Program-made: the position numbers and the translations under genes
Notes under the pieces: generated by a model
Told to the model about the DNA's origin: nothing
Database searches by the model: none
The model's input: the letters and a program-made list of their open reading frames with translations, nothing else
Part shown: positions 9,051-19,671 of the stretch, in pieces
Layout of the letters: each line of letters begins with the position of its first letter
Numbering within the stretch: position 1 is the first letter of the stretch
From: Desulfobacteraceae bacterium UBA2156
GTDB lineage: Bacteria; Desulfobacterota; Desulfobacteria; Desulfobacterales; UBA2156
NCBI GenBank assembly: GCA_002328165.1
Contig: DCWS01000032.1
Span: 1,673-65,672, forward strand
Length of the DNA: 64,000 bases
Direction of reading: 5' to 3'

Positions 9051-9176
9051 TTTCAGCCCTCCTAAAATAAGAAATTTAAAATGCGTGAATCGAAATGAAA
9101 AATTTACCTTCCTTCTACCACCTTTCAACCGCCTTGGTATTCATCATCTGTATAAAATAGACATCCTTGCAGCGGT

Positions 9177-10700
9177 TTAAAACTGCTCGATTTTCCGTTT
9201 TGATTCATCCACGTCATCGTTTTTATCCATTCGCTCTTTTGCATCAAATGCCTCAACAACTTCTCTAATTTCTCGGGCTGCATTGTCGGGCAAAGGCAAC
9301 GGTTTGTGATTTTGGAGGATATCCATTGCCGCTTCATAGGCGCGCTCTTGTATGGCTTTACCCCGGGTCAATTCCACCCAATCCTTTCGATTTCGCCGGT
9401 CGAACAGGTTGGACCGGGATTGGTTTCGCATATGCTTTAGGGAAGTGTCATGGGTGATGTAAGTGCCATCGGATCCAACTTCGTGGATAACTTCCACTGC
9501 CAGGTTTTCATCTGTGACCGAAATGCCCTGGGTGGCAACCTGAATCATCCTCATCATTTCAGCATCCATGATGAGCTTTGCGAGATCGAACGTTAACCCC
9601 TGTTCCAGAACGCCGGAACCGAACAAAATGTTTCCACCGGCAAGTGCGCTGAGGGTGGTGCTCAGCGTAAATTCGTAACCGGACTGGATATCCGGTTTTT
9701 TACTATCCGATGCCCCGCCGCCGACAAAGCAGGGAAGCCGGTAGTATCGTGCCAATTTCGCAACAGACGCATTTATCATCCCATATTCAGGCGAACCGAT
9801 GGATGCGGTTCCAAATCTCAGATCTAAAATAGTGCTGGTACTTCCGTAGGTGCATGGCGTGCCTTTTCTGGTTAGCTGGGCCAAAGCAATGCTGCTCAAT
9901 ACTTCAGCATTGTGGGTCACCAGCACACCTGCCAGCGTGGGCGGTGATGTCCCTCCGGACAGCCCCATCGGCAGTATTAAAATTCCCATCCCCGACGTGG
10001 CCGCCTCCATGATCAGTTCGCATTCATTCCCCGGTAGACCAAGTGGGCTAAGGGGACTGACACTAACGGTAAAAATAGGTCGCTTTTGAAAAATATCATT
10101 CCCTCCCACACAGAGGGATGCCAGTTCGATCATGCAGTTTATAGAACGTGCAGAATCAGCGCCAAGGAAAATATGATTGCCGGTATTTGTCAACATTGCC
10201 TCAAAGTTATGAACAGATTGGGTTTCATTCTGCATGTCCATTGAATTAACACTCCGCTCAACCACGCAGATTTCATTCAGATAGTCACTGATCCGGGCAA
10301 TATCACCGCAGTCTTTCTTGGTGGCGAGTCGAATCTCCCGTGTAACAGGATCAATAATGTTAATACATCCCCCAAATGTTGTAAAACCGATGCGGTTGGG
10401 TTCCGAAACGTAATCATCATTTGGATTTCTGGCATCATACACAACTGTCCGCGGCGCGTAGAATGCGCACTCTTCGACAAGGTATGGCGGAATTTTGACG
10501 ATGCCGTACCCATTAAACCGCTCAACAGAGGCACCACCACCATGGAAGATTTCCAGGGCCGCTTCGCTCATAACCTTTATACCGGTATCCTGGAGAATCT
10601 GAAGGGTCGCGTCGTGTATCGATTCAAGCTCATCGTGTGAGAATGCATATAACCCGAAACCTGCAGTTGAATCGATACCGCTCTTGATACTTCTCCTCAT
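9177..10700 (-). CDS. Trimethylamine methyltransferase (MttB) family protein without pyrrolysine
   Basis: IHDATLQIL, GGTSPPTLAG.L..HNAEVL, GSPEYG, SDSK.PD.QSGYE; uninterrupted ORF with GCA (Ala) at the Pyl-equivalent site. Confidence 0.93.
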   Translation of the reverse strand: MRRSIKSGIDSTAGFGLYAFSHDELESIHDATLQILQDTGIKVMSEAALEIFHGGGASVERFNGYGIVKIPPYLVEECAFYAPRTVVYDARNPNDDYVSEPNRIGFTTFGGCINIIDPVTREIRLATKKDCGDIARISDYLNEICVVERSVNSMDMQNETQSVHNFEAMLTNTGNHIFLGADSARSINCMIELASLCVGGNDIFQKRPIFTVSVSPLSPLGLPGNECELIMEAATSGMGILILPMGLSGGTSPPTLAGVLVTHNAEVLSSIALAQLTRKGTPCTYGSTSTILDLRFGTASIGSPEYGMINASVAKLARYYRLPCFVGGGASDSKKPDIQSGYEFTLSTTLSALAGGNILFGSGVLEQGLTFDLAKLIMDAEMMRMIQVATQGISVTDENLAVEVIHEVGSDGTYITHDTSLKHMRNQSRSNLFDRRNRKDWVELTRGKAIQERAYEAAMDILQNHKPLPLPDNAAREIREVVEAFDAKERMDKNDDVDESKRKIEQF

Positions 10701-10887
10701 TGGTGCGTTCCCCTTGTCAATATCATCATTGTGTTACTTATACGCATTTATAAAATAAAAAAGCCTAAAACAGAAAATTAAACCGATTTCAACCCGTATT
10801 TTTCATATTTACTCAAAAGATGAATAAAAACTTACCGTGGTTTTCTGAAGTTGACAATGTTGGCAATTCACCTTCCGGAAAATCTAC

Positions 10888-11964
10888 CTATAGCCCGATC
10901 CAGTCGGCGAGTAATCGCTGGTGATTTTCGACCCAGTACATCAATTTTAGATTGTGATCAAAATACTCCAGATATTCATCATCGTTCGGATTCACTGCGG
11001 TAAAAAAATCCACGATTGCCCAGTGAAGCACAAATAAATTCGCCGCAGCGAGCATGGATGGAAAGAATTTTTTTTCCATCGATGTCAAATGCCCGGGTGA
11101 TTCTGCTGACCGGCAGGCCGTATTATAGCTTCCTATGAATGTTTCAAATTTATCGCGGTCAAGATTTCCCGCCCTTTTTTTCTCCCAATTGGCGGAGAAA
11201 TAGATGACGGCCAGCGCAATATCAAATAATCGGAAATCGATTTTAGCCCAGTCAAAATCAAGGACACCGACTACCCGCCCCTTCTTATACTTCAGGTTTC
11301 CCTGATGATAATCCCCGTGAATCGGTAGGAATGGCATTTTGATTAGATCTGATTTTGAGATGATGGTTTTTCTGATGATCGCCAGAATATTGTCCATATT
11401 TTTTAAAAAGAGCCGGCCACATTTTGTCTTTCCTGCCCTGTTTGCAAATTTGCTGTAAGGAAGTTGAAAAGTTGGCAAAAAATCCATAATCTTCAGCTGC
11501 AATCTGCCACTCCCGGGTGGAATGAGAAAATTTTGTGCAGCACAGTGCAACTGGGACAACACCTGGCCTGCACTGGTTATTTCCGCGTCAGAAAGATCGG
11601 TGTCCATCCAGGTATATCGGTTTTCACCCTCCACAAACTCAAAGATAGCCCAAAAACGAACAACCGATTTTCCCTTGTCAAGCTCCTGTATTTTGACGTA
11701 GGAATTGCCGTTCGTTTGTGGGATAAGATCCGGAGTCAGTTTAAATTCACTTTTTCTGAGATGATAGATGAGGGCGTGCTCGAATTTTATCTCTTGTTCA
11801 GCCGTACCCAAACGGTATCTACGCACCAAGAATTTAGATATAAACTTATTTTTTTCCATCCAAACCGTAAAGCTTTGATTGTAGTAACCGGTCAAGATTT
11901 CCTCTATATCCAGCAACTTTCCCAACCGATAATTTTTTTTCAAAATGTCGTTTATCAATTTCAA
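10888..11964 (-). CDS. Phosphotransferase, APH/homoserine kinase type II family
   Basis: GYYN.SF, FEHAL, IHGDYHQGN (Brenner-type motif), LDFDWA. Confidence 0.88.
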   Translation of the reverse strand: MKLINDILKKNYRLGKLLDIEEILTGYYNQSFTVWMEKNKFISKFLVRRYRLGTAEQEIKFEHALIYHLRKSEFKLTPDLIPQTNGNSYVKIQELDKGKSVVRFWAIFEFVEGENRYTWMDTDLSDAEITSAGQVLSQLHCAAQNFLIPPGSGRLQLKIMDFLPTFQLPYSKFANRAGKTKCGRLFLKNMDNILAIIRKTIISKSDLIKMPFLPIHGDYHQGNLKYKKGRVVGVLDFDWAKIDFRLFDIALAVIYFSANWEKKRAGNLDRDKFETFIGSYNTACRSAESPGHLTSMEKKFFPSMLAAANLFVLHWAIVDFFTAVNPNDDEYLEYFDHNLKLMYWVENHQRLLADWIGL

Positions 11965-12050
11965 CGGTTTTTACACTCCAAACAATGGTCGTTCAACCTC
12001 TGGTCCATTCACTGATTTTATCGTTTGACCCGAAACCGCGAGTTTATTCC

Positions 12051-12110
12051 CCGTAGCTTGTCGGCGTGCAGCGAAGATCCCGACATCCGGTGGTGCGGCG
12101 TTCTTCAAGC
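12051..12110. repeat. Small dispersed REP-like element, copy 1
   Basis: TAGCTTGTC..GCAGCGAAGATCCCG..TGCGG.GTTCTTCAA shared with 25185-25250. Confidence 0.65.
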
Positions 12111-12417
12111 ATCGGAGTTCATGACTGCATTCAATCGGATCGTCTTTGAAAAAAACAGGATTTTTATTTTCGCTGGGGAGACGGTTGGTTATATATCGAT
12201 GACCGGGGAGGGGATTCTGCTCTTTGTCGTGACCTAGGCAATCCACCCGTTTTTTGTGTTGATCATGAAACGGGCAGAAGGAATTATGCAAAAACTTAAA
12301 GTCGCCTCTTTCCATGCAGAGCGTTCCCATTGAACACGCCTTTATTGTCCCGACGGTGAGTCTGAAACCGGATGCGCCATTCAACTCTGAAAGTTGGAAT
12401 AATCAAACGCGCATGGC

Positions 12418-12446
12418 TGTATAGCAGGTGGTATCGATCCTGTCAA
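12418..12446 (-). promoter_or_regulatory. Sigma70-like promoter upstream of kinase-mttB-corrinoid genes
   Basis: TTGACA-17 nt-TATACA on the minus strand. Confidence 0.6.
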
Positions 12447-12516
12447 ACCATAAAATTGAAGAATTGATATTCGTCTCTCACTGTTAACCTTCCCGTGAAA
12501 AGGCCGCTTCGATTTT

Positions 12517-13380
12517 TTGTCTTCCGGTCAGAATACTGAATCTTCAGTGGCTCTGACCCATGAGCGACTTGCCCGAGAACTGGCGCTATTGCTGGAGACT
12601 GGTCAAACGATTGTGTTGTGGCCTGGGAGCGGAGGAACGCTGGTATTTCACAAGATTTGGGATGAAATGCGGTTTGATAAAGATGTGTACTTAGCCGAAG
12701 GTGTAACATTTCCGTATTGCTGTCGTCGTCTTGAAGGTCCGGGGACAGTTAATATTCACAGGATTGACGGTCCGAATATGCTTCTTGCCGCACTTCCTGC
12801 CACTGATACCGAAGCTGTGGTCCGCGCTTTAGAAGGAACTTATGCCGACAAAGTGAAGCCGGCTATCAGTATTTTGGAACCAGCTTTATACAATGTGAAT
12901 ATCATTGTCCATCCTGTTGGCGCTCTTTTGAACATGGGAAGGATCGAATATTCGAACGGTGATTTCTATATGTACAAAGAAGGAATAACTCCGTCTTTGA
13001 AAAGGATTGTGTATGCCATGGACGCGGAACGTTCCTCACTTTTCAAAGCACTAGGATACAGTCCTTACACATATGACGAAATATTCTTTGACTGCTTCAA
13101 CATGACCTTTGGGGAATTTGCAGCAACATCGAGCAAAGGCCCGTTCAGCATGCAGGACCGATATGTTACCGAAGATATTCCGATGGGTACGACCTTGACC
13201 GTGTCGCTGGCGCGTAAAGCCGGCGTTCTCACACCCACATATGACACAATGATTCATCTGGCGTCTGTTGTGAACGAGACTGACTACTTCGGCGAGGGGA
13301 GAAACCTGGAGAATTTAGGCATTTCCGATCTGACGTTCAGGCAACTAAAAAAATATGTGCTGACAGGTGACAAAGCCTGA
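12517..13380 (+). pseudogene. NAD/NADP octopine/nopaline (opine) dehydrogenase family, N-terminally truncated
   Basis: PGSGGTL, N.N...HP..ALLN.GRIE, D.ER, RY.TEDIP.G motifs; no Rossmann GxGxxG N-terminus and no clear start. Confidence 0.75.
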
Positions 13381-13833
13381 CGAGACTTCTTCAGGAGGGA
13401 GATTTAAGGACTGTTTATACTTCTCAAGTTTCGCACCCCCAATGGGGCATGGTGCCGTATCTGGTGAGGGGTAAATAAAATTTTTTGGAAAAACAATGCG
13501 GCAATCAGTTTGAACCGATATCCATAAAGTAATCACCGTCCACAGGCACGCGATGGTCTGGTTTCTTTTGTAATATCAGTTGCTTCTGAAATGCTAACTC
13601 TTAAAAGGTTTTGTGCCGTTGTCAAAGCGCTCATCATCAATTTTTTTCCAGAACAATTTCTTTTTACCCTATGCCTGATGCAACTTTCCCTAAAATATCA
13701 GGTGCGAAACATGACATACTTTTAATGATAAATTTTCGACGATAATACTTGAAAAATGAAGATTTATTGTCTAAATAAGAAGCAAAAGATAAAAATTGTA
13801 AACCTTTAAAGTAGTTTCTGTTGAGGTTCTATC

Positions 13834-14439
13834 ATGTCAAATCCGGTCATATGCGGCGTCGACTTTGATGATTTTGTCATCAGCATGGAGGAGTTTCATG
13901 GCTACCGATCACCCGGCATACTCCTTGGGGGGTTGATGATAGAGGCCTCCCTCGATGAATTGGGGGATACACCCTATTTAAATGTGGCCACCGAAACGGT
14001 TGTCTGCCTTCCGGACGCGGTCCAGTTGCTCACTCCATGCACTATCGGAAACGGTTTTTTACAGACGATCGACTGGGGAAAATTCGCCCTCACCTGTTAC
14101 GACCGCTTAAGCCTTTCAGGCGTGCGGGTGTGGCTGAACCCTGACGCACTAGGCGGGTTTCCATTGGTTCGCCAGTGGCTTGAAAGATCTTCGCATAAGA
14201 AGGAAAAACTTCCTTTTGAAGCTCTGGCTGCTGAAATCCTAGTTGCTGCCAAAGAGGTGATCAGCCAACGTCCGGTACATCTTCATCGCTCCCTGAAAGA
14301 ATCGCAAAGTGTGCCCACCGGACGGTGCCCAGTTTGTGGAGAGTCATACCCGCTTCATCTGGGTCCCACATGTCCGGCATGCCAGGACCAGGCGTACTAT
14401 TTCTATCAAGATCCCACCAAACAAGCGATCAGAGACTAA
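13834..14439 (+). CDS. FmdE-family protein with C-terminal zinc finger
   Basis: FHGY.SPG, ET..CLPDAVQLLTPCTIGNG, CPVCGESYP...CPACQ. Confidence 0.88.
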   Translation: MSNPVICGVDFDDFVISMEEFHGYRSPGILLGGLMIEASLDELGDTPYLNVATETVVCLPDAVQLLTPCTIGNGFLQTIDWGKFALTCYDRLSLSGVRVWLNPDALGGFPLVRQWLERSSHKKEKLPFEALAAEILVAAKEVISQRPVHLHRSLKESQSVPTGRCPVCGESYPLHLGPTCPACQDQAYYFYQDPTKQAIRD

Positions 14440-14593
14440 TGGCCATTCCACGCATTGAAATCAGCGGATGTATCCAAATGAGGTTTTTTTCGGTTTTTTC
14501 ATCAGCAGGTGGGTTTAAGGGGGATTGAAAACATTTTGACAAAGATTTCAGCAAACTGTATCCTAAAAAAATATAGATTAGGAGACGATCATA

Positions 14594-15772
14594 ATGGACA
14601 AATCGATGAAATTCAGCCGGGTGCTCCGGTTGCCCCCTTATGTCTTTGCTGAGGTAGACAAACTCAAGATGTCGCTCCGCCGAGCCGACAAAGATATTAT
14701 TGATCTCGGCATGGGAAATCCCGACCTGCCGACGCCACCTCATGTTGTCGATAAATTACTTGAGGCTGCTCAGAAACCGTCCAATCATAGGTATTCAGCT
14801 TCTCGGGGGATCGCCAAACTGAGAGCAGCGATCGCCAACTGGTACAGAAACCGCTACGATGTTGATATTGACCCTGAAAGCGAGGTGGTGGTGACCATGG
14901 GCGCCAAAGAGGGGATTTCACATCTGGTTCTTTCGTTGATCAGCCCCGGCGATGTGGTTTTTGCTCCCAATCCAACATATCCGATTCATCCATATTCGGT
15001 AATTATTGCAGGGGGAGATTTGCGAAGCATTCCGATAGAGAAAAATCGGGATTTTTTTCAAGATCTTCAAATCGCCACCGAACAAACCTGGCCCCGACCG
15101 AAGATGTTGATCATATCGTTCCCGCATAATCCGACCACCGAAGTGGTTGATCTGGAATTTTTCCAAAAAATTTGTAACTTTGCCAAAGAAAACGATATCA
15201 TCGTCGTCCACGATTTTGCCTACGCCGATCTTGTCTTTGATCGGGATATGGCGCCGAGCTTTCTCCAAATAGACGGGGCCAAAACGATCGGTGTCGAGTT
15301 TTTTTCCATGTCCAAAAGCTATTCCATGCCAGGGTGGCGTGTTGGTTTCTGTATCGGAAACAGTGAGATCATTGCGGCATTGACCCGAATAAAAAGTTAT
15401 CTTGATTATGGCATTTTCCAGCCGGTTCAAATCGCCGCGATTATTGCCCTCAATTCCGACCAGTCGTGTGTCAAGGACATCGTTAACATCTATCGCTCTC
15501 GGCGTGATGTCCTTGTGGATGGACTCAATCGATCGGGATGGCCCACGGACCGACCCAAGGCCACCATGTTTGTCTGGGCGGGAATTCCTGAGAAATTTCA
15601 GGATATGGGCTCGGTGGAATTTTCCAAGTTCTTGATACGTGAGGCCGGCGTTGCAGTTTCCCCCGGCCGGGGTTTTGGCGAATATGGGGATGGATATGTG
15701 CGGTTTGCATTGGTGGAAAATGAAGAACGAATCCGTCAGGCGATTCGGGGTATCCGTCGGGTCCTCCGTTGA
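14594..15772 (+). CDS. alaC: Class I/II PLP aminotransferase, AlaC-like
   Basis: [63 protein letters not shown]. Confidence 0.85.
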   Translation: MDKSMKFSRVLRLPPYVFAEVDKLKMSLRRADKDIIDLGMGNPDLPTPPHVVDKLLEAAQKPSNHRYSASRGIAKLRAAIANWYRNRYDVDIDPESEVVVTMGAKEGISHLVLSLISPGDVVFAPNPTYPIHPYSVIIAGGDLRSIPIEKNRDFFQDLQIATEQTWPRPKMLIISFPHNPTTEVVDLEFFQKICNFAKENDIIVVHDFAYADLVFDRDMAPSFLQIDGAKTIGVEFFSMSKSYSMPGWRVGFCIGNSEIIAALTRIKSYLDYGIFQPVQIAAIIALNSDQSCVKDIVNIYRSRRDVLVDGLNRSGWPTDRPKATMFVWAGIPEKFQDMGSVEFSKFLIREAGVAVSPGRGFGEYGDGYVRFALVENEERIRQAIRGIRRVLR

Positions 15773-15819
15773 TCAAGTACACTGCAAAAGAAAAATAAAC
15801 TGAATCAAAGAAACGATAT

Positions 15820-16869
15820 ATGGAACTCTTTAAAAAGAAGACACTCACGGGGCTTGCCCGCACCTGCGGTTGAGCGGCAAAAATTGGTCCGACGGATCTG
15901 TCGGACGTCCTTTCAGGACTGAAACCACCGTCTGATTCAAATCTTTTGGTCGGTTTTGAGACTTTGGATGATGCGGCTGTATATCGACTTACTGAAGAAG
16001 TAGCTGTTATCAATACCGTCGATTTCATTACACCGCCCGTCGATGATCCTTACTGGTTCGGGCAGATAGCAGCGGCTAACTCAATCTCGGACATCTATGC
16101 CATGGGGGGCCGCCCCCTGACCGCATTAAACCTGGTGATGTTTCCCTCAAAGCACCTTGACATGGGAATGCTCAGGGAAATCCTCCGCGGCGGCTACGAT
16201 AAAGTGGTGGAGGCTGGGGCCTGCCTCGGTGGCGGTCACACCGTGGATGATGAAGAACCCAAGTACGGCCTTTGCGTCAATGGCGTGGTACATCCTAAGC
16301 GAATCGTCACCAACGCCGGCTCACAGCCCGGGGATGCCCTGATACTAACGAAGCCGATTGGTACCGGTGTGCTGTTTAATGCGGTTCGCTCCGAAAAGAT
16401 GGATTACAAAGAGATCGAAAAGGATATCCTACCCTCTGTTGCAGCACTGAACGGACCAGCCATAAACGCCGCCCTCGAATTCGGCCTTCATGCCTGTACG
16501 GATGTCAGCGGGTTTGGTATTGCCGGTCACCTCTTCGAAGTCGCTGATGGCAGCAAAGCCGCGGTCCGCTTAAAATATTCAAATTTGCCGATCTATCCCG
16601 GTGCGCTTGAGATGTACAGAAAAGGTGAGACCACCGGGAGTAACCCGGCGAACCGTCGTATGGTTCAGGGAAATATTGAAATCAAAGCTTCGCTCTCCCG
16701 CGGGGAAGAAGAGTTACTTTTTGATCCCCAGACCTCCGGCGGGCTATTGCTATCGGTTCCTGATTTTCAGGCAGAGGCGCTTTTAAGCGCCCTGGCGAAA
16801 GCCGGTGTCAACTCGGCGACCCGTGTTGGTGAGGTTGTGGAAGGCGCTCCCGCAATAGCAGTGGTTTAG
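15820..16869 (+). CDS. selD: Selenophosphate synthetase, selenoprotein (Sec at codon 18)
   Basis: ATG 15820, ...RTCG-TGA(15871-73)-AAKIGP in frame with the ORF at 15946; DDAAVY, TVDF.TP.VDDP, SDIYAMGG, DPQTSGGLL. Confidence 0.95.
15887..15906 (+). promoter_or_regulatory. Bacterial SECIS-like hairpin of selD
   Basis: GTCCGAC-GGATCT-GTCGGAC perfect stem starting 13 nt after the UGA. Confidence 0.75.
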
Positions 16870-17006
16870 GTTTATGGAAATCTACCTTCTCGTCGGAGGG
16901 CTGGGTCTTTTCACCGGGTTTCTGTCGGGGCTCCTGGGTATTGGCGGCGGAATCGTTATGGCCCCGCTTCTCCTTTATTTACCCCCTCTATTTGGGTTTG
17001 TGCCGT

Positions 17007-17471
17007 TTAGTCCAAAAATTTTTTGGGAAGCGTGATGTCACTTTTAATTTTAAGGTTATTGACAATCATCATCGTTTCTGTTCCGTACGCGAGCAACCTT
17101 CCATTTTCATCCTCTATGGACGCTTTCCCCAGACAGAGGGTTTTACCCACCTTGATGTTCTTGCCCTTTGCAATCAGGTATCCTTTCGATGCCGGAGCCA
17201 GGTAGTTGAGTTTTAACTCCACGGTCGTCAACCCGACACCTTCCTCAAGAAGGGGATAAACAGACCAGAATCCGGCCGCATCCACCAGTGAGGAATAAAC
17301 GCCGCCATGAACCATGCCGAAAGGCTGGAGGTGTTTTTCTTCAATCACTACCTCCAACCGTGATTCTCCTAGAACAACCGGTTTCATTTCCATGGAGAGC
17401 AGTCGGAAATAGGGACTCCTGCTGACCGTTTTTGTTATTGCCTTTAAATATGCAGGATTGAGTGTTTTCAT
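17007..17471 (-). CDS. PaaI-family thioesterase
   Basis: HLQPFGMVHGGV.SSLVDAA, TTVELKLNYLAP. Confidence 0.9.
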   Translation of the reverse strand: MKTLNPAYLKAITKTVSRSPYFRLLSMEMKPVVLGESRLEVVIEEKHLQPFGMVHGGVYSSLVDAAGFWSVYPLLEEGVGLTTVELKLNYLAPASKGYLIAKGKNIKVGKTLCLGKASIEDENGRLLAYGTETMMIVNNLKIKSDITLPKKFLD

Positions 17472-17583
17472 TCTGTCTCCGATCGGTTGCACGTTGACCG
17501 CGAGTCCGGACATCCTATATCAGGAATCGAAGGATCCGTGGTGTTGGCCTGCATACCGTTTGGATGCTTTCCCGCGGAACCCA

Positions 17584-18234
17584 TTATTTCATCTGGTCTT
17601 TTGATTCTCCGCTAATCGGTGAATCTTCATCCCGTTGAAATAAATACTCTTTAATCCCATTGCGGAATAGAAATGATTTGGCAAAACTGAAAGGTGTCAA
17701 TAAGGTGAGAATTTCTCGATTCTGACGGCGTTGCAAAGGTAAGCTCATGTGGGGTTGGGGACGTGGATAGAGTCTGAAGTTCTCACCGATGGCAAAGGTG
17801 CTCAAGACCGGAAAAACGATCGGATCTCCTTGGACGATGACTATCAACCGTCCTCCCGGTTTTATTGATTTGTGGCACCGCTGTACTAGTTTAACCGCTG
17901 TTTGATTATCCACGTAATCAAACAGGTTCCACAGCAGGATACCATCAAAAGTCAGGGGAGGAAAGTCAAAGTGCTGCTCAAGCCGGCCGGCGGGTCGACG
18001 TCTGCGACGCTCTCTGTCCAGGTAATGAAACATGTCGCAGACAGAGAGTTTATTCACCCATCGCAAAAAAAAATTGATATTATTACCGGAGATCAGGCCC
18101 AGATCGAGCAAGTGGCTCCCATCCCTTTGATGAAGCCCCTCCAAGAACATTTGTAACACATTGCTTTTGTAGCCTGATTCCTCCGGTTTAACAATCGAAT
18201 TCTTCAACGGTTGATCTGCAGTCAACAAGGTCAA
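17584..18234 (-). CDS. SAM-dependent methyltransferase-like protein
   Basis: LLDLG, FDGILLWNLFDY, KPGGRL; overlaps the bactofilin stop. Confidence 0.7.
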   Translation of the reverse strand: MTLLTADQPLKNSIVKPEESGYKSNVLQMFLEGLHQRDGSHLLDLGLISGNNINFFLRWVNKLSVCDMFHYLDRERRRRRPAGRLEQHFDFPPLTFDGILLWNLFDYVDNQTAVKLVQRCHKSIKPGGRLIVIVQGDPIVFPVLSTFAIGENFRLYPRPQPHMSLPLQRRQNREILTLLTPFSFAKSFLFRNGIKEYLFQRDEDSPISGESKDQMK

Positions 18235-18758
18235 TTCTTTTTGATGGGGTCAGCACCAGGGATAATCGGTTTTTTTTCAAATGAAGAAACCGGTTTTGCA
18301 CCTATGGAAGCGGGCTTTGCATCTGGCGGAATCCCTTTTTGGGGTTCCTGCTCCAGCTCAATGGCTGCTTTCAGATACGCCCCGTCTTCCACTGAAATGC
18401 TTTTGGCCTTAATCTCACCGGTAAAGTTTGCCCCGCTGGTTATCGAAACCTTGCCCAGCGCCTTGACATTTCCTGTCAGCCGGCCACTGATGGTCACGTT
18501 GTCCGCATGAATTTCCGCCTCAACCCGGCCTTTGGCTCCCACGGTAATCTGATTCTTTTCCAGCATGATTTTGCCCTTCATTGCCCCTTCAATAATCAGG
18601 CTTTCCTTCCCGTGGATTTGCCCGTCAATCGTGATGTGTTCCCCGATAATTGTCTTTCGGTCAACAGACGGCAAACTCGAATAAGATATGTTTTCCCCCT
18701 TAGAGATGTCGGGGGAAAATGTGGGCTCCCTGTCTGGTCCTCCCCGTTTCTTTAGCAT
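18231..18758 (-). CDS. Bactofilin (polymer-forming cytoskeletal protein)
   Basis: TIIG..ITIDG.I.G...L.IEG...G.I beta-helix repeats, ISVEDGAY. Confidence 0.9.
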   Translation of the reverse strand: MLKKRGGPDREPTFSPDISKGENISYSSLPSVDRKTIIGEHITIDGQIHGKESLIIEGAMKGKIMLEKNQITVGAKGRVEAEIHADNVTISGRLTGNVKALGKVSITSGANFTGEIKAKSISVEDGAYLKAAIELEQEPQKGIPPDAKPASIGAKPVSSFEKKPIIPGADPIKKN

Positions 18759-19210
18759 GTGTGCTCCTTTCTAAAAAATAAACCTTATGATTTGAGTCCT
18801 CTAATACAGGAAAAACCCCGGGAATGTCAACCGTAGAATTTAATCTTGTGTTGTTATATCAGATTCTTCGGAAGACCCTTCTTTATTATTCCAATATTCG
18901 TTGTTAAAAAAGGGTCTTGCCCATCTTGATTTTCCTTTCATCACCCACCTGATTTAACGAAGTGATCGAGCGATCGGTGGCCTGACAAAAGTCGTCAAAT
19001 CAAAAAGGCAGGTGAAGTTTTAAAAATGTATGCTTGTTATAGGCTGCAGGGGGGTGTCTATGTATCCATTGACCAAAAGTCGTCGCATCAGGGAGGTGGT
19101 CCGAAAGAGTAAAAAAAGTACAGGGGAGCTTAATTTTTCCGTTTATCAGATAAAAAGGACACGCCATAATAATTTGAATGGAATGCCCTTTTTTAACCCG
19201 GAACTGTCGT

Positions 19211-19411
19211 TTAAACTACAGTGACACTGACTGCAGCAGGGCCTTTTTGGCCTTGTTCAATTTCGAAAGTAACCCGGTCACCTTCATTAAGAGACCTAAA
19301 ACCGGCAGCGTTGATTCCGGAATGATGAACGAATACATCCGGACCATCTTCTTGTTCAATAAAGCCAAAGCCTTTCTGCTCATTAAACCACTTTACGATT
19401 CCATTTGTCAT
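19211..19411 (-). CDS. cspA: Cold-shock protein
   Basis: [27 protein letters not shown]. Confidence 0.95.
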   Translation of the reverse strand: MTNGIVKWFNEQKGFGFIEQEDGPDVFVHHSGINAAGFRSLNEGDRVTFEIEQGQKGPAAVSVTVV

Positions 19412-19671
19412 GGCAGCATTCTCCTTTCAAAAAAATTCTCATGTTTGCAAACTTCAGGTGACCACTTTTGACAAATGGATCTTCCCTTCAGAGCGAAACC
19501 AGCCGGCCCAATCCGGGCAAGCTTTCTTGATTGAGTGGTATAATAAGTTGTTTTTCATAAAAGTCAAGTCATTGCAAATAATTTGGGCGGGTTGTGCATT
19601 TTCAATTCACCGGAGCGTCGCTTCGGGCAACCGGCGGACAGGGCTCTGGGAAGAGAATAATTCAATGGAAT

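Noticed and set aside
11971..12384. 137-aa minus-strand ORF
   Set aside because: TTG start without RBS, no motif, and it spans a dispersed repeat; likely spurious
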